Source: Sphyrna mokarran (Eukaryota). Taken from it: a stretch of 64,000 bases of DNA. Below the pieces are notes generated by a model that was not told the DNA's origin, did not search any database, and saw only the letters and a program-made list of their open reading frames with translations. The translations under genes were made by a program, and so were the position numbers. The stretch is taken from NCBI GenBank assembly GCA_024679065.1, contig JAGIQG010000030.1, forward strand, positions 6,262,001 to 6,326,000, read 5' to 3'. How positions within the stretch are numbered: the first letter of the stretch is position 1; each line of letters starts with the position of its first letter. Positions 49,698 through 63,643 of this stretch are shown here, one piece after another.

Positions 49698-51144
49698 GAG
49701 GAGTACCATTATAGTTTTGATTTACTGTCAGACAGCTCTGCACTTCTCCACTGCGACATGCTTTCAATTTGGAACTTAGCACCTGAACAACTTTCCTTTC
49801 ACACTGGTGCAAAGTGATGGTGCCCAAATCCTGGTGCAGCACATACAATGGATTGTTTTATAAATAAATTTGAAGGAAATAAATTCCATTCCCATAAATA
49901 CAAAGTCAAGGCCTGCTCCTTGTGAAACATTGCAGTGCACTGACAAGGCTTCAGTTTCAGTACTCCATGAGAAGGTGCTATTGATTCAATTTTCTTTGGG
50001 AGGAGGAGACAATCATCAAGGGAACATTAAACTACAGAAAAAGGAAACAGGGTTATACTCTTGCCATGCCAAAGCAAAATGCACATTTACTTCCTCTGGA
50101 ATATAGGACAAGGAAATTGGTCAAAATGAAAGCATTTTTCACAAGCCTATTATCATTTTTTAATTCTATTGCTCTCTCATATTAGAAGTCACACAGCCTG
50201 TAACTTGATCATTGAAGGTTAGTTGGCTGCAGCCGGAATTTGGCTTCTCCGATGTCAACACACGTGGGCTTATTCACTTTCTTAGGTCCCTTCCACCATG
50301 GAAGGTACTTGCAGTCCAGTGAAGTTGCTGTTTTGGCTACCACAATCAAAAATAACAACGGGTTTGACGAATTCCAGTGATCCACCTTATTGCAGATATT
50401 TATTCACTGAATACACCTTGTTTTGGGACTCCGTTCCTCAAAACATGACTGATGCCGTCTTGTTCAAAAATAGCACTCATGCAATCTGCAACTGGAGTCA
50501 GTATCAAGTCCAAATCTTCCAGGTTGGGAAGTGATGATTTTACTTAAGATGTTGGAACTTAAAAAATTATGCTTCATTTAGTTTGTTCTTCTAGACCATT
50601 CTTGATGGTTGTCTTGTAACATTCTCCGTATTGAAATTGAGTCAGTGGGATGCTGTCTCTAAATCTGTATGTTGCAGAATCTTAAAACTGTGGAACTGTT
50701 GACATTTTTCAGTTTTTACCCCATCCTTCTGCAAGCTATAGACTTTTATTTCCACTTGATCTAACTCAACATTGAAACAAAAGTTTTTAAGTAGTTTATT
50801 TTTGTCACAAATAGGCTTACATTAACATTGCAGTGAAGTTTCTGTGAAAATCCCTTGATTGTCACACTCTGGTGTCTGTGCGGGTACACTAAAAGAGAAT
50901 TTAACATGGCTAATGCACCTAACCAACATGTCTTTCGGACTGTGGGAGGAAACCCACACAGAAGAACATGCAGACTTCGCACAGTTACCCAAGCTTGGAA
51001 TTGAACCTGCATTCCTGGTGCTGTCAGGCAGCAGTGCTAACCACTGTAGCACCCGGAGAGAAGTTGATATTGTTCTGCGCTGTAGGCTTTGGACATTGAT
51101 GGCTGCACACTTGCCTCAAAGATGATAAAATTAAATCTAGACCA

Positions 51145-51460
51145 ATAGTCCAGTGTTCAGGAAGTACTGCACTGTCAGAAGTGTCATATTTCAGACAAGA
51201 TGATAAACTATGTTTCTGCCCGTCCTTTTATGTGGATGTAGAATGCTTCCAATGTCCTTGTCAATATTTATGTCAGTTAACATTCTGAAATATATCTGAT
51301 TATTATCACTTATGGTTTGTCCAATTTTGCTCTGTGCAAGTCATCTGCTCCCTTCCATACATTGCAAGTGATTTTTTTTTTAAGAAAGAACACTTACTTC
51401 TGAGTGTGTTTTGAACCATCTTGAGATTGCAAAAGATGCCATATAATTGCAATTTTTTTT
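51145..51460 (+). mobile_element. Old DeuSINE (SacSINE1-like) relic; a second relic at about 54635-54882
   Basis: tactgcactgtcagaagtgtcatatttcagacaagatg, ttaaagatcccactgc and aaaggcactatacaaatgca resemble the recalled Deu-domain and L2-type tail. Confidence 0.55.
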
Positions 51461-51646
51461 AAAAAAAACTAATATCACTAAGGCCGCAAGACAGTTGGTG
51501 ATATAACCAAAAAAACAGCTTGGTATGAAAGAGGTGTTTCTCATTAACAGCTCATTAGAATCCAAATCAAATACATATAGCATGGGTAAATTTACTGAAC
51601 AAGGAAGAAAGTTGAGACATGTGTACCCATGATCAGATTTACAACT

Positions 51647-51652
51647 TTTATT
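51647..51652 (-). terminator. Candidate distal ABHD2 polyadenylation signal
   Basis: Minus-strand AATAAA preceded by several TGTA elements and U-rich sequence, followed by a U-rich tract; sits at the edge of a young-repeat-poor AT-rich block. Inference only. Confidence 0.4.
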
Positions 51653-54600
51653 TCAACAATTGAGAATTCAAATCAACAAATTTCAGAAAACAAATTCTAT
51701 AAAATTCTGCAAGTTTTAATGCAATAAGGAAAATAGTTAATGTATAACTATTTAAATACATTGCACAAATCCATACAAGTCAATAAGCAAATTGTTAAAA
51801 ATAAATCAATACAGAACAAAATTCCATCTCACACATGTAGGTAAACATTGTGATGTTTAGAACATTGCATTGCTAGTTGCTTCTTGCTGTAATTCCCTAT
51901 CAATTTTGTGGTACTGAATAAAACTCAGAATCTCATTTGATAGCTTGACTCTCCTGGGATGACAGATCAAACAGGCTATTGTGCCAGTGGGTTTTCTAAG
52001 GATCTCCAATACAATTCTCCAAAATGAATATATGCTCTTCAGCATGAGGTACCCATCTGGTGGATGCAGCTGGGTGATTTGGAAACATATCTTAATCTAC
52101 TAAGAATGTTCACTGCCTCATGTTTATATAAACTTCGAATTGGACTTATCTGTATATTCAAATGCCATCTTTTGTGCACTCTGCCCCTCTCCCCATCAAC
52201 TCTCTTTACTCTGCCCAGTACTTTGTACTTTATTTGTACTATATTTGAACTGATACTTTGGACACTCGGGCCTCTAAGGTTAAGATCTCCAAGTATCATT
52301 CTAACATCTTTCCTTTATCCAAGGTCCTTTTAACGTGCATGTTGCTTGTTCAGGATCTGATAATTGGCACTCTGGTATTGGTCAGCTTTAGTGTTATTAC
52401 AAGTCTATCAATTTACATACTCCACTGACGTTGTGCAAGTCACAAAGTGCGAGACAAATGAAATGGAGCAATGCATTCAAACTATGCGAATCAGCAAACA
52501 CGACCTCTGCTCCTTCTCTCCTTCCAGGGCTAAAAACCCATCAGTCATGAGGAAAACTGGACAAAACGAAGCTAGGTTCCTCATTAAATTACACATGGAA
52601 ACATTAAGGATGACAAAGAAACAGATTTATGCTGCCAGTTTTCAAAAGGCTGTAATATTTTCATTAACATTTCTCAACTTCATTCTCAAATGAATACCTT
52701 TCAGCATGAATAGACTATCTTCCAACTACAAAGGCACAAATTCAAGCCCCACAGCAACTCAATCACTTGAATTGCTTATCTCAGTTGGGTGAGTTTCAAC
52801 TATAGAGTCAAATACAAGGTGCATTACCTAAAAATACAGGGAAGGCCAGAGGGCACTGCTTTCTTTGTGTACTTATTTTTCATATTTTGCCTGTTTCTGG
52901 AGTACTTAGGCAATGCAGCAAGCTCCACCCTCTCTAGTCTCTGTGTTCTGAATTAGTTCTTAATGACGGTGATGGTTTTCTAATAAGCCCTCTGAGAACA
53001 GCATCTGGTCTCTGTTCGATGCTTCTCTGCAGCAATGTGTGAATCTACTGGCTACAAAATATACTCAAACTTGATTCCACATTTGCGCACATGTGCCAAT
53101 TCTGCCCCACCTTGCTTCCTGGCAGTGTGTGCCAGAATCTGCCAGACGTTGATTGTGCCTCAGACTTTCTCCTGACTGGAGAAACGCATTTGGCAGTGAA
53201 CAGTCTGTGGAAGGAGGAACAGCAGAGGAATCAAGAAAATTATCTCCTAATTCTGTTCTACAGTATTGAATATTCCTATATTGGAAATCCAATTGAGTGA
53301 CAAAACATACCTTGAAAGTTAAATGGTGAGGATGTCCAATGTCAAATCACAATACATTACAATCCAGAACACAATTAAAAATTAGGCCAGTTGTATCTTT
53401 GTTAGAACCCTGACAGACCGTCAGTACAAAGATAAAAAGGAGCAAGGAACAAAGCTAATAACCCTTGCTTACACCTGGGTTCAAATCCAGCCCAAAGGGG
53501 GGAAAATCCCTTTAATTGAAAACTTGTTACGCATGAAGGGGGGGTTTGACAGACCTACAGGTCTTACAATTTACAATAAAAAGGTTCTTGTTCCCAACTT
53601 TAAATACAAAATATTGGAAATGCTACTCAGCATCTGAGGGAGACATGTTAAATATTTCAGTATTTATCCAAATGTTCCTTTCTGCCTTCTCTGTTCAGTT
53701 GTTGATAATAATTGGTATATATTTCCTCACTTTTATTTAGTTTGCAGATTTTAGTTTCAACCCTTATAAAACTTAAAGCAGGCAGGTTTTTCAATTCAAT
53801 TCTTTGGAGCTTAGCTTCAATTTGTTGTGGTAGAGTTAAATATATAAAAGTCCTTAAATTTCAGAAGTGGACATTACTGTATTTTTCAGAAAGCTTTGAA
53901 GTGGAACCTTATATGGCATGGGGCAAGACAAGCCAAACTCTCATCATACTTGTAGAAAGATAACAATATCAGTACATCAGAAACCAAGTGGGAGTTGGTA
54001 AAAGTTTGCTTACTGTGGGGTATTGCCAAAAATGTTCTGATTTCAATAAACTTTAAGCTGTAGTTTTTTTTAAGATTATGATTAATATTAATATTCCATA
54101 TCAGTATTACTAATATTCCATATTTCATAGGATAAAACTGTAGATCAGATGTGATTATGTAACACATCATAAAAGGAAAATTCAACATCCATGAAGGACT
54201 AAAGCAAAACACCCACTTTACAGAAGGGCTGAGGGATTTCTTTTAAATGAAGCACCAGTCATACAGATCTAATAAAGTCTTTGTATTCTCATAACAGGTT
54301 CACATCAAAAGTGATTTATTTCAAATCTGCAATATGTAACTTAAAATGCAATTTGTCAATCTACAACATGTATATCTTATGTATACCCAGAGATGAATGT
54401 GACAGGCTTTTCATTAACGTTACTTAATGCAAATCTTGAAGTTGTTGTGGACTGTACTTGTAACTTACCCAGTTTAAGTGAAGAAAGAGGTGTCACTGCA
54501 CTCTTATTCAATGTTGTGTGAAATTCTTCTCTCTCTATGGTGGCTCCCTAAACTTCAAGGATACACATCAACTTGCAGTTAAAAATTATTAAAATTAGGA

Positions 54601-57600
54601 AAGTACAAAGAGATCAATGCCTCGGGTAGAATTCACTCTCAAGTGGGTGTTAAAGATCCCACTGCATTACTTGAAGTGGGTGGTGGGGAGGATTCTTCAT
54701 TTCTTAACCAACATTGATCTATTTTTAGCAATGTTGAATACAGGACATTGGTGTGTGTAATCTGCTGTGATGTAGAGAAATGAGCAACTAGTTACTACAT
54801 TTCAGAAATATTTCATTTTCTGTGTAATATTCTGTGACATCCTGAGAGTATCAAAGGCACTATACAAATGCACGTTCTTTTTGTATCAGCTGTTAGTGGT
54901 GATTTCTATCTCTGGAATTCTATATTTTCAGTGCAAGCTATTTTCTGCAATGTGACTCAAAGAAATTTTTCACAAATGAGAAAAAGGCAAACTGGAATAG
55001 ATAAAGTTATTGAACATATATGCACTCCCTGAATAGAACAGCTCAAATACAATGTAACTCTTGCTGCATCTTCAAGACTTCTTTCATTACAGTAAAACAA
55101 TAAAAACTGCAGGAAATAAAATATTGCTCAACAATAATCCCAAAAAACATAACATAAAAATTATGCAAGTGTGTGAAAGATCATATTTGTGCAATTTAAG
55201 CATAATTAAACCCACAGTTGTAATATTTTTAAACAAAGGGAAAGGGGACGAGAGAAAGGAAGGGTAAGAGTGTTAAGAAATCTGTTAAATTTACACCATT
55301 CGGCAATAAACTACTATAACTTTTCTTTGTGAAGAAAGAAACAACATAATTTGTCATCATATCCTAGAAGTAGCTCAAAATGCTTCCCCTATAATTGCTT
55401 TTGAAATGCAGTGACAGTTGTGGAGAAAATGTTGTATCCTGACCCTATACTGAAGAGGTAGGCAATAGGCGATAAATGAACAAGGGCTGTGTGTTCTACT
55501 AAGCAGATAAAAAGACAGATTGTTGATGCACTGAACACAAAATAAAATAGCATTTAAGATGCAGACCTTGCTACATGCCTTTTCACAAAGCTGTGTTAGT
55601 GACAGACATTGCAGATATTAGCCCATCTATAAATTAATTTGTATTACTCTAGAACCTTCAGACTATTTAAACAGTCAAGGAATAATTAACATTACATTTT
55701 CTGATATGATCTTAATTGAAATTGCAATTACTTAAATAGAAATTAGAACACACACAACTAAATACTAGTGTCTATAATCAATAGACTCCGTTTTTAATCA
55801 AAAAGCGGTATGAATTTTGTTGCCACATGTGTATCTAAAAAGGGAAGTCCCTGAGACATGAGGATATGAATGACAAAATTTAAAGGGCATTACAAGATTT
55901 TGAATACATTTTGGATTTCTGACATTTAGTTACAATTAAGTCTGATGGACAGCTAAAAATATTTGCCCCTTTTTATTCTGGTAACATGGGTAAAAGTCTA
56001 AAGGGAAAATGGAAGATTAAAAGTAGAGAATTCACTGGACATTGTCTTCATTTGGACTCTCAATATTCTGAAAGCAGTGTTGGTTGCGAGCTTCGGTTGG
56101 CTCGTAAGTTGGTTTGCAAATTTCAACCAATACCATTACAACAGCAGCTTGAAACCAAACATCACTGCAAACAAATACTAAAGATATTTGCAATTGTGCC
56201 AATTGTTATGTCTGAGGAAAAGGATTTCCTCTGCTGAGGAAAAAAGCTTCAGCTCTCACCAGCTGGGGAGCAAAACATTCAAATTTAACATTTCTTTGGA
56301 GGGAAGACCCTCTGGCCAGTAAAAGTTAACAAAAGGTGCTTTGTACTGTTAAATATCACTTGAAATGAGGTGGAGTAGGTTTATTCAGGTTTTGAAAGCA
56401 CTTTTATTTTATGCTGATGCTGCCAACTCCCACTATGCAGTTTCTCAATGCCTGAGGTATTAACAGACTGTAAAAGTAGTTTTAAGCACTTTGTGAATAA
56501 CATCTTTAGTTTTACTCTAGCCTCACTCGTAAACTAAGTTTTCTACCAAAATTAACAGAACAAAGAAAGACTGAAGTTTGAATAATAATGAGAAGAATGG
56601 CCAAAGTCACTGATAATTTGTTCAATAACTGATAGCTCAAAGCAAAACACCAGTCATTGCTGCAAAACTTTGACTAGATAGAGCTCATATAGTTAATGCA
56701 TCACAGGAATTGTACGTACATAAGAAAATGATTCAAGATGTACTGCTCAGTTTAAACCGGGATTTATTTGGTACAAGCAGAACCAGATTGTGATTTAATT
56801 CTTCAAATTGTTCCCCAGAAAATTTCACATGTCCATTATACTTGGCAGAAATCTTAGGAACAGCTATGTCTTGCCTTTAAAGCCATAAGTGCAACTGTAA
56901 GTGAAAATGATCTGTTATAGACTACTATACATCAGTTCTACTTTCCCGAAGGAAAAGTAAGTATAGGCCTTTCACATGCCCTAATCTTTAGCAATGAGTG
57001 CTGGAAGAAAGATCTTGCATTGGTAGGCTGGTCAAAAGACAGGCAAAACTCTGCTTTTTTATCTAGCATAAGACTTCAGTAGTTGAATACAAGATAAAAA
57101 ACAGACAAACTCACTGGTTTTCTTAATTTTCTTTTACTACGCCTAACTCATTAAAAATACAGTGAAGTGTATTCCCTTCATGTTCTGCACCTCTTTTCTG
57201 GAATATCCTTGCCTTTTATGAGCAATTCCAAATACAACACAACACTGAAATAGCAAAGTCAATGAGGGTACTGTAATTCTAAAGAAAGTTTTTAATAAAG
57301 GTATTTGTTTTAAATAATCAGTTCTGGCACAATCATTGAAAATTATAAACCGTTTGCTCAAATATGCAAGTAGCAACTCTACACTCAAAATCCTCACTAA
57401 AACAAAAACAATTTTACTAGAAACAAAATTAACAATATCTTGCACTGGAACTATTTCAACTCATTCTCCAACATGTATTGAGAATGAGAAAGTTTCCATT
57501 ACAAGAAATCTAACATTCAACCGTTGGCCTCAGTGACAGAGGCTAAAGTCTCACACCGAATTATTCAAAAACAAAAAAAAACTTAAAATGTAATGACAGA

Positions 57601-60600
57601 AATATTGCATTTGCTTCACAGGGAAGTCATCGGTGCTTTTTAATCAAGAAACAAAAATCATACCTAACTGCCTAAGTATTATGGAAAAAATCTCAACCAA
57701 CAGGCCTTGAGAAGATACCCTTCCAACGTAATTGGCTTTACTCTCAAATGATCAAGTTACTGCCAACTTGTGCTGTCATTATATTTACTAAGTTGCCAAC
57801 TAGTAATCCTGGAATACATTATATTCACCAATACAGTCTCAACACACAATTCCTTAATGCCTCTGAAGTACTGAATTGATCTGCAGCCAAACTGAGCATG
57901 GAAAAATATAGCTGAAATACCATTTTCAGCACTTAATTAATAGTAAATGAAGCCCTCTTTCTTATTGCCCTAATCTTTTATCAAAAAGATCTTGCATAGA
58001 TAGGCTACACAAAAGCAATCAAAATTCTACGTGCAATTTTACCTCACGTAAAACAGTGTACCAAATATGCTGGTTAAGTATCTGTGGAGTGCCAACATAA
58101 ACCATAAGTGCCTCTCCTAGATGTACTACCCCCAAACTGGAGAACACATCCCATGCAACTATATCCTCCAGTTCTTGTATGGATACATTTCAAATTACAA
58201 ACATCCCAATAGATATCAGTAAAATTTCAGATCTAACTCATCATACACCACTTGTATGGTAAATTATATAACTCTCATTCAGCTACAGGTTCAATTGAAC
58301 AATGGAACGGCTAATCATAAGATAAAGGAAGCATGTTTTCTTTGGTCTTCACTTAATGTAGATGGTGAGATCGACGTAATAACTTCAAATGAGAAGGGGC
58401 AATCACAAAAAAGGTAGCAAGATGATATGAAAATAAAAAGTATCAGAGACCAAGTTCACAAAGATAATCTAGGGAATAACGACAGTAGCTGAAGCCACCA
58501 TTTCTCATCATTTAAATGGTAACATCATACAAATTGGTAAAAAGCTTAAAAATTGAGAATCATAATGATTTCATAACAGTTGAAGGGTTATCATTATTAG
58601 CTTAGTTATATTTTTAAGCAAATAAGTTTAGGTAAACATTATTCAAACATCACCCAGATATAGTTAGTCATGATAGACAGAGCTCTGTCAGTAACTGGCT
58701 GGTCTGGATGCCATTTTTGTACACTACCTATACATTACAGTATCTGAGGCACTAATTACTTGATCAGACATTTCTTATGGCATTTGCAGTTCTAAACATA
58801 ATGCTAAAATACTTCAGTCGACTGAATTATTACCAACATTTTACCATACTTGGAAAATTTAGAGAAGAGCAAGATATGACATTAATGTTAATCTGAAACG
58901 ATGTTTTTACTGTCTCAAATTTTATAAGGCAAACCTGACAACCTTGAACACGAAGGGCTGTGAATCGTAATTTGCTCTCAAATCTCAACAGAACAAGTTT
59001 CCTTCTTAAGTTGGAGGCAGTCATCAAATGTAGAATTGTACCAACTTTGAACTTAGTAAATGAGACCCTGTTTCACAAAGACTGCTGCTGGCATCATGAT
59101 GGAGACTAAATAAAATGTTGCAAACAATCTTGTGTTGACTAACCTACTGAGTTCATTCTACATGACAGATAAACATGACTGATGCAGCAAAAATACAAGT
59201 TGGATATTTTTGCTTTCATAAAGGTTAAGTGTATCTGAATTCTGACCATTACAATGATTGACAGAATTTCTAAAACTGCTTTGAATGTTACAATGACTCA
59301 AGAATCTTGATCAAGTTCAATGTGATTTCTGCCTTTCACTGTATATCATTTTAATAAGCAAAAATGAACTGTAGGATTTTCGTTTCCCGCACTGCAAAGT
59401 CAACTGGTACTGAATGAAGGGGAAGAAAGAAACAAATTTTTGAGAAACACATTCAGCTTACTATTGAATCTAGAGGTGAAAACGTTTGGTTCAACCAGTC
59501 AAGAGGAATGTTGAGAGTATGAAATATTAGTTTGCTTAAAACAAAAATGGAATGTAATTTATTTAGTGCGGCACAGTAGCACAGTGGTTAGCACTACTGT
59601 TTCACAGCACCAGGGACCTGGGTTTGATTCCTGGTTTGGGTCACTGTCTGTGTGGAGTTTGCACATTTTCTCCGTGTCTGTGTGGATTTCCTCCAGGTGC
59701 TCCAGTTTCCTCTCTCATTCTGAAAGGCCAGTTAGCTGCGTTGACCCAAACAGCTCTGGACTATGGCAACTAGGGAAATTTCACAGTAACTTCATTGCAG
59801 TGTTAGTGTAAGCCTTACTTTTGATTAATAAACAAACTTTTTAGTGCTTATGTACATCATTCAAAACGGAATGCTTTCCGGTGAAACTAGCTGGGTAGTT
59901 TTGTTTAAATTTGCTGGTTTAATAATTCAACAATAAATATATTTTCTGTATAGTAATAGAGAGCAACTAATTTCTTTAACTCAGGAACCTCTGATAACAA
60001 ACAAGTTGACTCTGACCAATACCAATCATCTAGGAAGCATTAAAACCACAAATCATAAGTGGATGTTCAATTAAATTTCGTACTCATCTATTGTTGGTTA
60101 CACAGATGTTGGAGAGGAATCCATCAGTTGATCAAGCGAGGATAACATTTTCTCCTCCCCTGATGGTGCTACTTCAATTCCATTCTTCAATCTCATCCGT
60201 GTCCATTCCTAGATAATGGGTTATGGTAGGCTGCATTGAAAAATAATCAGAGGGATGAAGGCGATGATTTTTCCAGTTGGTCAGAAGAGTGCAGAGCCCA
60301 AATAAAGCACTTCCTTCTGCCTCTCCAACTGAGATTAGCTAACTCAGCACTGATCAGGAATAAACTTAGGAAATACAGTTTCACAGAACTGACTACAAAT
60401 AAGCTTTACGGATTGATCATGAGTCAGCAAAGTAACAAACTGCTTGGCAACTGGCACCATTTCACATTTCTTTGATTTACGTATTAAGGGCAACGAATAC
60501 ACAATGTCAAACAGGTAACAGAAAAGGCCATCAATCAGAAGAGAAGGATTTGAACCTAGGACTAACTTTATATTTGCTGGACTGAGACAGAGCTTATACC

Positions 60601-61609
60601 AAGTTCTCCCATGGAAGGATCTCTCTATAGGACAACATTTCTAAACAGAAAATACATAACATTTAAAATAATTTTTCAATAAATGTAGATCTATTTCACA
60701 TTCATGTCCAGTTACAGCAGCTTCCATATTACCTCATTTGAAAATTTTACAAAAAGGTAGAAATATATGGGATCAAATGGAAATTGCTTGTGATAATTAT
60801 TTTTAAAACAATGTTGATTGGAATTGGTTTTTCTCTTTCAAAATGCTAAAATAGTGATCAAACACTGTAGTAATAAGTACCACAGCAATGCAAACACTTG
60901 AGTTTGAGACAGACTCATTCCAGAGGCAAACTGCACCCACAGCTTTAGATCATACAGCTCACCGGTGAATCTGGGCTACCTGCCACGGAGGGGCAAACAG
61001 AAGTAATAAAATAGTTTTGCAAGAGTTTCCCCCGAGTGAAAATTCTACATTTTGTTTCTCTTAAAAAGACAAAAAAAATCACTGGAGTCTTCACTTCGTA
61101 AATTTATTATCTTTTTAAAAACACTTTGCTGCACTTAATCTGATCAAATGACCAAAACTGGGATGCTTGGTAGGGCAGAAAAATAAATGCCTTTTTTCAT
61201 AAATTAAAAAATATATAAGGCACAATTTTTAAACGAATGAGCTCCTGCAAAACACACATTTAACTTCTGGGAAACCTAAATGTGGCTTATTTAGTCCAAT
61301 TTTACTGGTACCAGATATTCCTGTAGTAACAGTAACTCTTGTCCCATATTCTATTCACTACAAGACTGTTGTGCAAACGCAGTGAGTCATCATTTTGTGT
61401 GTGCTCCAAGTTGCTTTTAGTGGAGAAAGGCATAGAAGAGGATTTTGCAATATTTAAACAATTGTGATAAAATAGTATAATTCTGCTGGTTGAACTACAT
61501 TAATAGCAGGGATTAGTTTTAAGGTAGTCAAACCCAGGTCAGGAATGTAACGATGAAAAGGGGATAAATGATTGGAGAGAGAGTTTGGCAAATCAAGTCT
61601 GTGCAATGG

Positions 61610-61812
61610 TCAATCACTGTGATCCGAGCAGCTCTGGTCTCCAGCTCCTGTACACTGGGGCTTGTTTTTCTCCCAGTAACAGATGGCATTTGTGTATTCT
61701 ACAATAAGTTTATCCATCCAAGTTAAAGGTTTTGGGAAGAGCACTGCTCCTTCAAAGAATCCAAGGTGACCACCATGTAGTGTTAACACAAACATCACAT
61801 TTTCTTTTTTCT
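61610..61812 (-). CDS. ABHD2: ABHD2 (monoacylglycerol lipase, alpha/beta hydrolase) last coding exon; upstream exons not found in the window
   Basis: Minus-strand translation (E)KKENVMFVLTLHGGHLGFFEGAVLFPKPLTWMDKLIVEYTNAICYWEKNKPQC...SD* matches the ABHD2 C-terminus with the catalytic HGGH motif; acceptor ctctcacttgcctttcag at 61813 upward. Confidence 0.93.
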
Positions 61813-63521
61813 CTGAAAGGCAAGTGAGAGAAAGAACTATATTAGAAATTGTCAGTTACTCATTGTGAACTTGCTAAGCAAATGTAAACACAAACATCAG
61901 ATAGTCCAAAATATATACAACCTTGACCCTTTGTATGATTTTTTTTTTTACCTACAATGAACTTGTTTCATATTGGCTTTATAGCTTCCTTGATGGTTTG
62001 TTGGCAAGTGCACTGATTAGTGAAGTATGGAGCCATATTCATTATAAGGTTTCTAAGTTCCAACTCCATTCCAAGTTCAATTAGTTGCTTTGAGCTTAAG
62101 AAATGGTATGTTTGTTACAAATAGGACTCAGTGCCCATCCGCTGGTGGGGGCAACAGCGTGAGTGGCTGATAGCTTGCGGGCAGGAGCAGGATTTGCTTG
62201 AAAAATGCGAATGGGATCTCTGGTCTTGTCCATGGCAGGATCTGTTGTGAGCGAGAATGGAAAATTTGATTTTCCAGACAAAACTCCATTCATTTCAGCA
62301 GCACCAGAAAATCCCAGTCACGAACAAGGATAATAGAATTCAGCCAGTCAGCAAGAGCAAGAGGCAGGAAATCAGCAGGAGCTCTTGATCACTATCCTGG
62401 AATACTTACGTGAAGACAAGACTATTTCCGATTTGATACCTACAAGTCAGAAGTTGTGATTCTATTCAAATCTCTACTTAAGCTCTGCATAGTTCAACAA
62501 GTGATCACTATGTGAATAATGCACCTTATTCATCTTAATTTCTGCGATCCCCTACAATTTAAGGCATTTCTATTTAATTATAAAACTTGTCCAAGCACAT
62601 AAATGTGTCCACTTTAAAAGATAAGGATAAAGAACATCAGTGTCAGCAAGTGCAATTTGTTCAGGAGATGGCGTCGTAGCCAAATATTTACCCAGCAGCA
62701 CCTGCTGTCCAGCTCATTAAACTGCAGCATCACTTCATAGTCAATTGGCATACTGTGAGTACAAGGTAACCAAACAAACATCAGAAGGCTTCAGAACTCT
62801 TCACTGCTGAATGGTTTTTTCACTAAGCAGGCCATGTTTTCGTGTACATAACAGGAAATCAACAGCTTGACTGATGAGGCAAAAAAAGCTTCAATGTCTT
62901 TTACAGTTTTCTGCTCCAAAGGGAGATTTATATTTACATCAGACAAAACTAACTTCATATAAAGACCTTACCAAAAGAGAACATTTTTCCCCCCACCAAC
63001 ATTTAACAAAGATGAAAATAAATGTTTGTGCTATACATGCGAGTATTTTTATCCATATAGCAAGCTCAATTCAGGGGCCAAATCTATTTCTGATTTCCAC
63101 AGTTTTTGAGCAGTTTTATTTTACTGGTCTGTAGCAATCATTCATATGAAAAAAAACATGATTAGGATAAATATTTTTACACTTTACAATGACATTAGAA
63201 TCCCAGAAGTTGCCAGTTCCAGTGTTATTTTGGAATAAAAAGCAAACTAAAACTAGCTGTGATTGTACTGTAGTCAATAATCTCATGAAACTCATAGCTG
63301 GCAACACAGTTTCATATTACTTAACTGCAAATCAGACTGCAATGGAGATAGATATTTTAATTGTTAAGTTTGCCATCTGTTTCACAAATATACTGGCAAC
63401 TTTTCAGATTTCTAAAACTGTTTCAGTTCTGAAGGTCGGAGTGGATCTTGAGCATTTTTTTAAAAACTAGCTTACACTCCCTAGTGGAAGTATACTTCTA
63501 CGTTGCATGAAATAGACATGA

Positions 63522-63643
63522 TGTAGTCCTTGAACCCCCAGAACACCTCATTCGCCTGAGGAAGGCTACAAAGGCCGAAAGCTTGCAAGTTTACTATCAA
63601 ATAAATCGGTTGGATTTAAAATTGTTGTTGTCAGTCCTCTTAC
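63522..63643 (+). mobile_element. Solo Penelope-like terminal fragment with minimal hammerhead core, in the last ABHD2 intron
   Basis: CUGAGGA-A-GGCU-ACAAA-GGCC-GAAA-GCUU at 63556-63584; tail tcaaataaatcggttggatt shared with the 1695-2481 element; 14-bp TSD tgaaatagacatga at 63508-63521 and 63644-63657. Confidence 0.8.
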
